A stretch of 33,721 nt of DNA from Deinococcales bacterium (GTDB taxonomy: Bacteria > Deinococcota > Deinococci > Deinococcales > JAAFIG01): NCBI GenBank assembly GCA_043778225.1, contig JAYWGM010000033.1, forward strand, positions 1-33,721, written 5' to 3'. Made by a program: the position numbers and the translations under genes. The notes beneath the pieces are model-generated. The model searched no databases and was not told the DNA's origin. It was given only the letters and a program-made list of their open reading frames with translations. This document shows, one piece after another, positions 1 through 10,223 of this stretch. Position 1 is the stretch's first letter. Each line of letters opens with the position of its first letter.

Positions 1-47
1 GCCTGCATTTTAGATTTTTCACAAAACGGCAAATCTGTCATTACGGC

Positions 48-61
48 GTGAGATACGTCAC
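48..61. promoter_or_regulatory. Possible CRP-family binding site upstream of acs
   Basis: GTGA-gatacg-TCAC matches the core of TGTGA-N6-TCACA; about 245 bp upstream of acs. Confidence 0.3.
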
Positions 62-79
62 CCTTACTCCTGTTAGTCG

Positions 80-112
80 GAAATGTTTTAGCAAAGAACT
101 CTAAAACATTTC
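80..112. other. Perfect 12-bp inverted repeat (operator or hairpin)
   Basis: GAAATGTTTTAG-9 nt-CTAAAACATTTC. Confidence 0.5.
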
Positions 113-304
113 GGGGAGGTACTTAGAGGTATTTTTCTTATCGCATTCGGTAAACCAGGTATCACAAGACTCATTGGTTTGGTTAGATACGCTCCTTGAA
201 ACCTCGAGTTTCAAAGTCATTCTAAGCGTTCCAATTAACTTTGATGCTTCAAAGCCCCAAATCAGTTAAACTCGAGGTATACCAAATCTAAGGAGTCTCC
301 TCTC

Positions 305-2236
305 ATGTCCGATAACCGTATTGAATCTGTGCTGCACGAAACCCGTCGTTTTTCCCCGCCAGCCGACTTTGGTGGCAACATGAATTTAGACTTATACAAC
401 ACGATGTATAAACAAAGTCTCGAGCAACCTGAAGTCTTCTGGGCTGGTATCGCGGCTCAGTTGCATTGGTTTAAGCCGTGGGACAAAGTTCTCGAGTGGA
501 ACGAACCGCACGCCAAGTGGTTTGTTGGTGGTCAAACCAACATTTCGTACAACTGCCTTGACCGTCATCTCGAGCAACACGCCAATAAAGTTGCACTGGT
601 CTGGGAGGGCGAACCGGGTGATGTACGAAAACTGACCTATAAGGAGCTGCACAGCGAAGTCTGCAAATTTTCTAATGTCCTTAAAAGCCTAGGTATTGTG
701 TCTGGTGATAGGGTCACGATTTACTTACCCATGATTGTCGAAGCCGTCGTAGCAATGTTGGCTTGCGCTCGAGTCGGGGCGGTTCACAGTGTTGTCTTTG
801 GTGGCTTTAGCGCTGGCGCACTGTCTGACCGCATCAACGATTGCCAAAGTACGCTTTTAATCACCGCCGATGGCAGTTACCGCCGTGGCGCAATTGTGCC
901 ATTAAAGCAAAATGTGGACGAAGCCCTCGAGAATGCGCCAACCATCAAGAATGTGATTGTGGTGAAGCGTACCGCCCACGAAATCACGGTTAATCCTCGA
1001 GACCACTGGTATCACAACCTGATGGCAACTGCCTCGAGCGACTGCCCAGCCACGCCTCTGGATGCCGAACACCCGCTTTTTATTTTGTACACTTCTGGCA
1101 GCACTGGCAAACCCAAAGGCGTGCTGCACACCACAGGCGGTTACATGGTCGGCACGTACATCACGGCTAAGTATGTCTTTGACTTGCGCGATGCCGATAT
1201 TTATTTTTGCACCGCCGATGTCGGCTGGATAACTGGTCATAGTTATGTGGTCTACGGGATTCTCGAGAACGCTGGCACAAGCCTGATTTTTGAAGGTGCG
1301 CCAAATTACCCACACGCGGGGCGGCTCTGGGAAATTATCCAAAAGCACCAAGCCACGATTCTTTATACTGCGCCAACTGCTATTCGCAGCTTTATGCGTG
1401 GCGGCGACGAGCAACCCAACCGCTTTGATCTCTCGAGCTTGCGTTTACTTGGTACAGTTGGCGAACCAATCAATCCCGAAGCATGGCTGTGGTATCACCG
1501 TGTGATTGGCAAAGAAAGACTGCCGATTATAGACACCTGGTGGCAAACCGAAACAGGCAGTATGATGATTACCACCATTCCGGGCGCACATGAGACCAAA
1601 CCGGGCAGTGCGGGCTTACCGATGTTTGGCGTGGACGCGGCGATTGTGGACAAAGAAGGCAACGAACTTGGCGCAAACGAAGGTGGCTTTTTGGTGATTC
1701 GCAAACCCTTCCCAAGTATGCTCCGCACCATTTATGGCGACGACGAACGCTTTAAGCGCCAATACTACGGCGAGATTCCCAATGTTTACTTTGCTGGCGA
1801 TGGCGCTCGGCGCGACGAGGACGGCTACTTTACGATTGTTGGACGGATAGATGATGTGCTGAATGTCTCGGGACACCGCCTAGGCACAATGGAAGTTGAA
1901 AGTGCGCTGGTTTCGCATCCAAGTGTTGCCGAAAGTGCTGTGGTCGGCAGACCAGACCCGATTAAAGGCGAAGGAATTATTGCCTTTGTAACCCTAAAAA
2001 CGGGTAAGACCGCCACTGCCGAAGAACTTCGCGCCCATGTGACCAAAGAAATTGGCGCAATTGCCAGACCCGACGAAATAAAATTCACCGATTCGTTACC
2101 CAAAACCCGCAGTGGTAAAATCATGCGCCGTTTACTGCGCCAAATCGCTTCTGGGCAAGCCATGAGCGGCGACACCAGCACGCTCGAGGATGTTGGTGTG
2201 ATTCAAAAACTTCAAGCAGCCAACGATGAAGAATAA
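305..2236 (+). CDS. acs: Acetyl-CoA synthetase
   Basis: AMP-binding motif [21 protein letters not shown]-terminal [20 protein letters not shown] upstream. Confidence 0.98.
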   Translation: MSDNRIESVLHETRRFSPPADFGGNMNLDLYNTMYKQSLEQPEVFWAGIAAQLHWFKPWDKVLEWNEPHAKWFVGGQTNISYNCLDRHLEQHANKVALVWEGEPGDVRKLTYKELHSEVCKFSNVLKSLGIVSGDRVTIYLPMIVEAVVAMLACARVGAVHSVVFGGFSAGALSDRINDCQSTLLITADGSYRRGAIVPLKQNVDEALENAPTIKNVIVVKRTAHEITVNPRDHWYHNLMATASSDCPATPLDAEHPLFILYTSGSTGKPKGVLHTTGGYMVGTYITAKYVFDLRDADIYFCTADVGWITGHSYVVYGILENAGTSLIFEGAPNYPHAGRLWEIIQKHQATILYTAPTAIRSFMRGGDEQPNRFDLSSLRLLGTVGEPINPEAWLWYHRVIGKERLPIIDTWWQTETGSMMITTIPGAHETKPGSAGLPMFGVDAAIVDKEGNELGANEGGFLVIRKPFPSMLRTIYGDDERFKRQYYGEIPNVYFAGDGARRDEDGYFTIVGRIDDVLNVSGHRLGTMEVESALVSHPSVAESAVVGRPDPIKGEGIIAFVTLKTGKTATAEELRAHVTKEIGAIARPDEIKFTDSLPKTRSGKIMRRLLRQIASGQAMSGDTSTLEDVGVIQKLQAANDEE

Positions 2237-2276
2237 GCTACCAAAGCCTAAAAGTCACGGCGTTAATCTCCGAGGC

Positions 2277-2305
2277 TTGACAGGTCAATTAAATTATGTT
2301 ATAAC
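2277..2305 (+). promoter_or_regulatory. Sigma70 promoter of ssb
   Basis: TTGACA (2277-2282), 17-nt spacer, TGn-TATAAC (2300-2305). Confidence 0.65.
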
Positions 2306-2310
2306 CATAA
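2294..2310. promoter_or_regulatory. RDRM-like (DdrO-binding) 17-bp palindrome
   Basis: TTATGTTATAACCATAA fits the TTAYG-N7-CRTAA shape; overlaps the -10 box of ssb, a known RDR regulon member in Deinococcus. Confidence 0.65.
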
Positions 2311-2386
2311 CCGACACACTCGAGTGTCAAAGCAACATACTAGGCAATCAAGAAATTCACTCAGAGAACAGCAAGGAGAACAGATT

Positions 2387-3184
2387 ATGGCTCGAGGTAT
2401 CAACAGTATTCTTTTAATTGGCGCATTGGTTCGGGATTCAGAACTTCGCTACACCCCCAATGGTGCCGCAATCCTTTCGTTTACCGTGGCTGGCGATAGC
2501 ACCATCACCGACAGCACTGGGGAGGTTCGCAGTGTGGCTTGGTATCACCGTGCCGAGTACATCTCGAAAAACGCTGAAACACTTGCCGAAAGCCTTAAAC
2601 CGGGGGCGGCATTGTTGCTCGAGGGTAAACTCGAGTATCAGGCTTGGGAAAATGACCTTGGCGAAAAGCGCAACCGCGTGGTCTTGCGGGTCAATCAACT
2701 CGAGGTGCTGCGTGAAACCAGTACCGAGCGTTTAACCGCCGACCGCACTGGTGGCTACAGGCTGCTTGAAGGGGTCAATCGGGCAGTCATTGCTGGCAAC
2801 CTGACCAAGGATGCGGTGCTGCGTCATACGAGTGCTGGCACACCAGTCACGAGTGTGGCGGTGGCGGTCAACGAATCTTGGAAAGATGCCAGTGGCGAAT
2901 GGCGCGAAAAAGCCCATTATTTGGATGTCACGCTCTGGGGTTCTTTGGCAGAAAGTGCCGCGATGCTGCAAAAAGGCACACCGATTTTTGTCTCGGGGCG
3001 GCTTGAGTCCGATTCTTGGACAGACAGCAGTGGACAAAAGCGCTCTAAACTGCAAATCAGTGCTGACCGCCTCGAAATTCTCGAGCGCCGTGCCAGCCAG
3101 ACCGAAAATGCCCAAGCCCCAAGCGAAGACCTTCCATTTGAAGCCCCGCCTGTTCGCCGTCAGCGCCGCAGCGCCGCCGCCTAG
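2387..3184 (+). CDS. ssb: Single-stranded DNA-binding protein, Deinococcus-Thermus double OB-fold type
   Basis: Two OB folds (MARGINSILLIG...ELRYTPNG; VNRAVIAGNLTKD); EDLPF near the C-terminus; start moved to ATG 2387 after AAGGAG. Confidence 0.93.
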   Translation: MARGINSILLIGALVRDSELRYTPNGAAILSFTVAGDSTITDSTGEVRSVAWYHRAEYISKNAETLAESLKPGAALLLEGKLEYQAWENDLGEKRNRVVLRVNQLEVLRETSTERLTADRTGGYRLLEGVNRAVIAGNLTKDAVLRHTSAGTPVTSVAVAVNESWKDASGEWREKAHYLDVTLWGSLAESAAMLQKGTPIFVSGRLESDSWTDSSGQKRSKLQISADRLEILERRASQTENAQAPSEDLPFEAPPVRRQRRSAAA

Positions 3185-3186
3185 GT

Positions 3187-3522
3187 ATGCAATCCAGTTT
3201 CTCGAGGGGCTTATCTGCCCCTCTGGTTTTTTTGTACCCACTCGAGCCAGACGCACACCTCGAGCGCACCCCACAAAACTTAGCGCGAATCGGACAGCAA
3301 ATGCTACAAACTCGGGTGCATCATCTGGTTTTGGGGTTGACTCGGCAAAGCATTGAAATTCTCGAGGTCAGTTTCTATCCGCCCACAGTATTGTGGCTAG
3401 AAGGTTGTGTTCCGATGTTGCTCGAGCCGTTTGAGCTTAGCGCTTGGCTGACAGCGACTGATGCCCAAGTCGAATTGTGTTGTCGCTATGGCGTTCTCGA
3501 GGTACGGCTACTCGAGGCATAA
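3187..3522 (+). CDS. Hypothetical protein
   Basis: 111-aa ORF starting 2 nt after the ssb stop; no recognisable motif; overlaps a terminator-like hairpin. Confidence 0.4.
   Translation: MQSSFSRGLSAPLVFLYPLEPDAHLERTPQNLARIGQQMLQTRVHHLVLGLTRQSIEILEVSFYPPTVLWLEGCVPMLLEPFELSAWLTATDAQVELCCRYGVLEVRLLEA
3204..3233 (+). terminator. Intrinsic terminator-like hairpin after ssb
   Basis: GAGGGGC-TTATCT-GCCCCTC then TGG-TTTTTTT. Confidence 0.6.
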
Positions 3523-3587
3523 GAATGTTCAGCCAAGCCTCAGTTTCGGCACAGACTTATCTCATGCTTTTGGCAGAAGATACCGCC

Positions 3588-4430
3588 ATGAAACAAAATC
3601 TTATTTTTGTCGGTGCGGCAGCAATCCTTGGTTTGGCTTTAGCCCAAAATAGTAATGGCTTTGAAGTGCTTCGTACCCCCGGCGCAAATAATCAGCTTGT
3701 GGTCACGGAATCTTCGCCTCGGGCTGCCAACCTAAAAATGCGTTGTGTTGGCTCGAGGGTCGAAGTGGTGCTTGACTCTAAACTGAACATCAGGCGCAAT
3801 CAGTCGCCGTTGGTTAGTTGGAAATTTGACGATGCCGCAATGCGCCAGCAGCGTTGGAACTTTGAACCCGAAAGCGGCTTACTGATTTTGCCACAAAATT
3901 TTACTCGCCAATTTCTGGAAGGTATTGCCGACTCGAGCCAAACCCGCATGACTTTCCCAGAAAAAAATAACTTGGCTTGGAATGCCACTTTTATAACCAC
4001 TGGTTTCCGTGAAGCCTATGTCGAATTACCTTGCAAGAGCGGTATGATTCTTGGCAATACCACCACGGTCACCAGCACGATGATGCCCAGCCGTATTTTG
4101 GATGCGACCGTGGCTTTTATCGCGCCGCTCGAGTTTGCCAAAGCCTTTGGTGGGCGCTTTGAACCAGAAGGAAACTTACTGGCTTGGGAATACAACGGTG
4201 TTAAATTGTTACTCGAGCGCGGCAGCACCACCGTCCAAAATGCGATTCAAAACACCAGCCTCGAGTTACCCCGTCCAGTCCAAATTGTTGGTGGGCGCAC
4301 GGTTGTCCCGGCTCGTCTGGTCAGTGCTTTTAACTGCAAACTCGAGCAAACCAAACCGACCGATTCGCTGGTCAAAGTCACTTGTGGGGCTGGTACAACC
4401 CTGCTCGAGCGCGATTTACCACGTTATTGA
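3588..4430 (+). CDS. Secreted protein with a copper-amine-oxidase N-terminal-like (stalk) domain
   Basis: Signal peptide MKQNLIFVGAAAILGLALA; C-terminal LPRPVQIVGGRTVVPARLV is typical of the stalk domain. Confidence 0.65.
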   Translation: MKQNLIFVGAAAILGLALAQNSNGFEVLRTPGANNQLVVTESSPRAANLKMRCVGSRVEVVLDSKLNIRRNQSPLVSWKFDDAAMRQQRWNFEPESGLLILPQNFTRQFLEGIADSSQTRMTFPEKNNLAWNATFITTGFREAYVELPCKSGMILGNTTTVTSTMMPSRILDATVAFIAPLEFAKAFGGRFEPEGNLLAWEYNGVKLLLERGSTTVQNAIQNTSLELPRPVQIVGGRTVVPARLVSAFNCKLEQTKPTDSLVKVTCGAGTTLLERDLPRY

Positions 4431-4508
4431 TGCACAAACCATGAATGTACTCGGTTTAGGTTTTAGTTAAGAAAGTCGTTATTCACAACTTAATAGGCAT
4501 TTTTTTAG

Positions 4509-4553
4509 AAGGCTCGAGTGGTTCACACAACCCGCTCGAGCCTTGGGTTTTTT
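4509..4553 (+). terminator. Terminator hairpin built from paired CTCGAG
   Basis: AAGGCTCGAGTGG...CCGCTCGAGCCTT then GGGTTTTTT. Confidence 0.6.
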
Positions 4554-4611
4554 CTGCATTGCTCGAGGGCAAACTATATCTCAAGCGCAGAAGCGCCAAG
4601 GAGCAAAAAAT

Positions 4612-5049
4612 ATGAAAAACTTAAAAACCGCCGCCCTCGTTATCCTCGCCACCCTTGCTGGTAGCTACGCCAGCCTCGCCGCCAGCAGCCAAGCCGATTG
4701 GCAAAGTTCAACGACAGTGAGCATCAACTCGAGTAGCACCAGTCAGGTCAGCATTAACGCCATGAGCCTGATTGACAATTCCGAACTGATACGACTGCAA
4801 TATGGTTTTCAAGATTTACAAAAAACCTTGCGAATCAAAAACATTGTTGCCCCAAGCGGTGTAAAAGTCAGCCTGAGCGCCGACACATTGGCAGCCCTTG
4901 GCACAGATGCAAATGGAAATCCAAGCCTGACCATGGTCTTTGATGTTGTTAGCAATGGCGGTTTTGGTGTCTTCCCAATCATGATTACGCTCGAGAACAC
5001 CCAAACTGGTCAGACCACCACCCTCGAATTGATGGTCAGCGTACAGTAA
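4612..5049 (+). CDS. Secreted hypothetical beta-rich protein
   Basis: AAGGAG RBS, signal peptide MKNLKTAALVILATLA, Ser/Thr-rich. Confidence 0.7.
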   Translation: MKNLKTAALVILATLAGSYASLAASSQADWQSSTTVSINSSSTSQVSINAMSLIDNSELIRLQYGFQDLQKTLRIKNIVAPSGVKVSLSADTLAALGTDANGNPSLTMVFDVVSNGGFGVFPIMITLENTQTGQTTTLELMVSVQ

Positions 5050-5056
5050 TCATCCT

Positions 5057-5089
5057 AAATCTCGAGACGCTGCGTCTCGAGATTTTTTT
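5057..5089. terminator. Bidirectional terminator between convergent genes
   Basis: AAATCTCGAGACGC-T-GCGTCTCGAGATTT plus T-tract. Confidence 0.75.
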
Positions 5090-6113
5090 ATAACGGGAAA
5101 ATTCTGTTCGCCCATTGCTTGGGGTCGGTCGCTTCGGCACGTACCCGCATTTCCCAGTGCAAATGTGGCGCGGTGCTAAAACCAGTGTTACCAACCTTAC
5201 CAATCAGTTGCCCTTTTTTAACCACTTGCCCGACTTTGACCAAAATCTGGCTTTGATGAAAGTACAAGCTGACCACCCCAGCCCCGTGGTTAATGCCACT
5301 TAATCCACCACGAATCGGGTAAAAACCAGCCACCTCAACCACCCCGTCGTTGGTCGCATAAATCGGGTCGCCCATTTTTCCAGCCAAGTCTAAGCCATAG
5401 TGATAATTCACAACATCGTCTTTTTTATACAGCCGAGCTTGGGCAAAAGGACTGGTAAAAACCATCGGGCGTGGGTAAGCAAAAGTTTTATTCCATAAAC
5501 GCGGTGTGGAAATCGATTTTCTGTGGGCTGCATCTAAAATCGTACGTTCTCGAGTGCGGTTAGCATCGGTCAGGGTAGACAAAACAGCTTGGCTCATAAA
5601 AACATTCTGAACCGCTTGTGGGTCTGGCAGTAACTTGAGGCTCGAGTTAATCACTTCGCCGCCAAGGTTGGCTTGAATTGCCACAATTTTTGGTTTTGTC
5701 CCCAACAATTCGCGCCCAATGCCAACCCAATCGTTGCTATCTTGGGTCATGACCAGTTCTTCTTTTCCCCAAAAAACAACTGGTCTACCCGCCACCACGC
5801 CACGCAAGCGAATCAGTACAGGGTCGCCCGGAATGGCAGACTCACGGTGCGTCAGGCTCGAGCCAGCCCCAATTCCCTTGACGGTTGTCAGTGTAAAGCG
5901 ACTCGAGCTTGGTGGGTTTTCTGGCACATCTAAGACTTGTCCAACCCGAATTTCATTGGTTGTTAGGTTATTTAAGCGCTTTAACTCATCTGCCGAAATA
6001 CCATACTGCTTGGCAATACTAAAGAGTGTGTCGCCGCTTTGTACGGTATACGACCCCGCCAATGCCAAAAGGCTCGAGACAAGCAAAAAAACAATCAGCC
6101 AAGGTTTTTTCAT
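5088..6113 (-). CDS. LysM + M23 family peptidoglycan endopeptidase
   Basis: Signal peptide, LysM YTVQSGDTLFSIA, M23 motifs HYGLD and PHLHWE. Confidence 0.93.
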   Translation of the reverse strand: MKKPWLIVFLLVSSLLALAGSYTVQSGDTLFSIAKQYGISADELKRLNNLTTNEIRVGQVLDVPENPPSSSRFTLTTVKGIGAGSSLTHRESAIPGDPVLIRLRGVVAGRPVVFWGKEELVMTQDSNDWVGIGRELLGTKPKIVAIQANLGGEVINSSLKLLPDPQAVQNVFMSQAVLSTLTDANRTRERTILDAAHRKSISTPRLWNKTFAYPRPMVFTSPFAQARLYKKDDVVNYHYGLDLAGKMGDPIYATNDGVVEVAGFYPIRGGLSGINHGAGVVSLYFHQSQILVKVGQVVKKGQLIGKVGNTGFSTAPHLHWEMRVRAEATDPKQWANRIFPL

Positions 6114-6159
6114 TCACTTACCAGTCTAACCTTTTACTGGGTTTTTAAGTGCAACACAT

Positions 6160-7029
6160 TTATTGCTTTAAGCGCAACCAGCGCACCATCCGCCCGAGTT
6201 TTTGGCTTTGGTAGGCAATTTTGACCCATTGCTCGGTTTCAATCGTCACCGTCTCGATTTTTCCAGCAATTTCGAGAACCAAGACCGTATCGCCACGAAT
6301 GATGTAGTTAGTGGTTTTGGCGCTTTCTTTGGGGCTGGAGTACAAGAACATTTTTGCGGGAACGGTGCGCTTGACTGGAATCGAATTGCCATCTTTATCG
6401 GTGTCGTTGAGGCTACTTTGTATTAAATCCCCAGCTTTATTAAAAATTTGGGTTTGCTCGAGGTACGAGTCGGTCTTATCAAAGACCAATAAATTGCGAT
6501 AATTCGAGCTGCGGTATAACCAAGGCTTATTGTCCGAAAATTTATAGGCAAAGCCATACCAAAACGGTCCACTGCGTGAATTACCAAAAAGAATTTTATT
6601 TTTCGGGTCAAACATAGGGTTGCTGACTTGGAAATCTTTACCCTCGAGTTTCACCAATTGCTTTTGGCGCGGCTCGTAACGCCAAACGTCATAAAAGTTA
6701 TTGACCCCGCCATAGCCAATCCCGCTTGGCAGACCGACATCATTAAAGCCATCAAAATCAAAATCCTCGACCAGCACATCGCCTTGGGCGGGTGAACCCG
6801 AATCGTCGATCGTCTCGAGGGCAAACGTTTGGGTTTTAACTCCAATCTGCACCTCGAGTTTTTTACTGGCTCGAGAGGCGTTTAATAAAATCGTGCCACC
6901 ACGGCTCGAGAGCGGCGCACTGACCTTAAAATCCTTGGTTAAAGAATAACTGTGTTTGGCATCGCGCTGGGCTATTGCCAAAGAAAGAACACCAAAAACC
7001 GCCACTGCACCAAGGAATCTCGAGATCAT
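6160..7029 (-). CDS. Secreted XAC2610-related protein with an SH3-like C-terminus
   Basis: Signal peptide; VEDFDFDGFND Ca-loop and N-x-FYDVW; C-terminal LYSSP...GDTVLVL...WVKI pattern. Confidence 0.55.
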   Translation of the reverse strand: MISRFLGAVAVFGVLSLAIAQRDAKHSYSLTKDFKVSAPLSSRGGTILLNASRASKKLEVQIGVKTQTFALETIDDSGSPAQGDVLVEDFDFDGFNDVGLPSGIGYGGVNNFYDVWRYEPRQKQLVKLEGKDFQVSNPMFDPKNKILFGNSRSGPFWYGFAYKFSDNKPWLYRSSNYRNLLVFDKTDSYLEQTQIFNKAGDLIQSSLNDTDKDGNSIPVKRTVPAKMFLYSSPKESAKTTNYIIRGDTVLVLEIAGKIETVTIETEQWVKIAYQSQKLGRMVRWLRLKQ

Positions 7030-7041
7030 GGAGATAGTATA

Positions 7042-7107
7042 AGGGAAAAAGGGAAAAAGTTAAAAGTAAAAGCTGCTCTTACTTTTAACCTTTTCTACTT
7101 TTCCCCT
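7042..7107. repeat. A/G-rich imperfect tandem repeat with inverted pyrimidine arm
   Basis: AGGGAAAAAGGGAAAAAGTTAAAAGTAA...TTACTTTTAACCTTTTCTACTTTTCCCCT. Confidence 0.75.
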
Positions 7108-7111
7108 CGCT

Positions 7112-8533
7112 CTACACCTGTTCGACACGAATTAAATTGGTTGTTCCAGCTTGTCCAAAAGGGACACCCGCAACAATCACGATTTTTCCGCCCTTGGCAA
7201 CAATGCCACTTTGCAGGGCTGCGGCTCGAGCCAACTCGACCATGTGGTCGGTGTCTTTAATGTCCATGGCAATTTCGGTGGTGACATTGCTGGCAAGCAC
7301 AAGCTGGTTTTTTGCCAGTTCGGTGCGGGTTAAAGCAATAATTGGCACACCTGGACGGTTGCGCGATAAACGCCATAAGCTGCTGCCAGAGTCGGTAAAG
7401 CAAACCAATGGGGCTTGAATTGTGCCTGCCACTTCGCAAGCCGCCAAGGCAATCGCGTCTTGGGTGGTGTGCAAGGCTTCAGGATGCCCCGTAATTGTTT
7501 TTTGATAGGCGGCGGAGCTTTCGGTGGTGCGGGCAATTTTATCCATCATCGAAACGGCTTCGACTGGGTATTTGCCACTGGCGCTCTCGGCAGACAGCAT
7601 GACTGCATCTGTGCCGTCAAGAATCGCGTTTGCCACATCCGAGGCTTCGGCGCGGGTCGGGCGTGGGTTATCAATCATGCTTTCGAGCATTTGGGTGGCA
7701 GTCACCACAGGTTTACCTGCATCACGGCACATTTGAATAATCATTTTTTGAATCATCGGTACTTTTTCGGGTTCGAGTTCTACGCCTAAATCACCTCGAG
7801 CCACCATCACACCATCCACAATCTCGAGAATCCGTGCAAATTCGCTGGGTTCAACCGCGCTGGGCTTTTCGATTTTTGCCATCAGTTTGGCTTTAGAACC
7901 CGCACGGCGCAGGTGTTCTTTGGCAATCAAGACATCTTCGCGGTTGCGAACAAAGCTCATGGCGACCCAATCCACCCCAAGTTCGACTCCGGTTTTGATG
8001 TCTTCGATGTCTTTATCGGTCACGGCTGGGGTGGACAGGTTTGCATCGGGTACATTGATGCCCTTTTTGTCTTTGAGGATGCCGCCGTAAATCACCACGG
8101 TGTGAATATCGTTGCCGACAATTTTTTCGACCCGTAAACGCAAATTGCCGTCGTCAAGCAGCAAATCCTGCCCGGCTGTGACATCTCGAGGTAATTCTTT
8201 GTAGGTGGTCGAGACGCGCTCCTCGTTGCCAACCACATCATCCGAGGTGATGATAAATTTTTGCCCCTCGAGCAATTCGATTTGCCCATGCTCAAAGCGC
8301 TCGGTGCGAATTTTGGGACCTTGCAAATCTTGTAAAATAGCGATTGCCACCCCTTTTTCTTTGGCAACACGGCGAATTGTATCGACTCGAGCCGCCATTT
8401 CGGCAGGGTCTTTGAGGTGCGAGAAATTGAGGCGGGTGACATTTAAGCCTGCATCAATCAGTTTACCAATCATTTCGGGGCTGCTCGAGGCGGGTCCGAT
8501 TGTTCCAACAATTTTTGTCCGACGTGGATTCAT
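7112..8533 (-). CDS. pyk: Pyruvate kinase
   Basis: RRTKIVGTIGP, RLNFSH, DLQGPKIR, MVARGDLG, TATQMLESM; start at ATG 8533. Confidence 0.98.
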   Translation of the reverse strand: MNPRRTKIVGTIGPASSSPEMIGKLIDAGLNVTRLNFSHLKDPAEMAARVDTIRRVAKEKGVAIAILQDLQGPKIRTERFEHGQIELLEGQKFIITSDDVVGNEERVSTTYKELPRDVTAGQDLLLDDGNLRLRVEKIVGNDIHTVVIYGGILKDKKGINVPDANLSTPAVTDKDIEDIKTGVELGVDWVAMSFVRNREDVLIAKEHLRRAGSKAKLMAKIEKPSAVEPSEFARILEIVDGVMVARGDLGVELEPEKVPMIQKMIIQMCRDAGKPVVTATQMLESMIDNPRPTRAEASDVANAILDGTDAVMLSAESASGKYPVEAVSMMDKIARTTESSAAYQKTITGHPEALHTTQDAIALAACEVAGTIQAPLVCFTDSGSSLWRLSRNRPGVPIIALTRTELAKNQLVLASNVTTEIAMDIKDTDHMVELARAAALQSGIVAKGGKIVIVAGVPFGQAGTTNLIRVEQV

Positions 8534-8547
8534 GAAACTCCTTTTGT

Positions 8548-8640
8548 CGGGGCTTGCCTCACCCCCACAAATACAAGGGCGAGGCAAGCCCGTCTTGACC
8601 CAATACACGCACCTGACGGGCAAGGTCGCCCGCCCTTACG
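8548..8640. repeat. REP-like GC-rich palindromes between eno and pyk
   Basis: GGGCTTGCCTC...GAGGCAAGCCC inverted pair and GACGGGCAAGGTCGCCCGCCCTTAC. Confidence 0.5.
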
Positions 8641-8641
8641 G

Positions 8642-10012
<1,371 letters not shown>

Positions 10013-10167
10013 CTATTTAATGAAGGTGATTTATACCTTTGGTCATTGGACAACATCTCGACCCTTTGCTCGACGCTTCACAGTATTTTTGACAGCTAAT
10101 TTTAGCAATAGGAATACGGGGAAAGGTAATTTGTTGCTAAAAGACCTTGGACTGTGCCAAAAAACTA

Positions 10168-10203
10168 TGGTATACTGTTTTTGGTGAAAATTTCACCAAA
10201 AAC
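10168..10203 (+). promoter_or_regulatory. Extended -10 box followed by a 27-bp palindrome
   Basis: TGG-TATACT, then GTTTTTGGTGAAA-A-TTTCACCAAAAAC. Confidence 0.6.
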
Positions 10204-10223
10204 TGAATTAAAGAGGTGAAATT

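Noticed and set aside
10020..10187. 55-codon ORF between eno and the ATPase
   Set aside because: No RBS or adjacent -10 box, it overlaps the promoter region, and the composition is not protein-like
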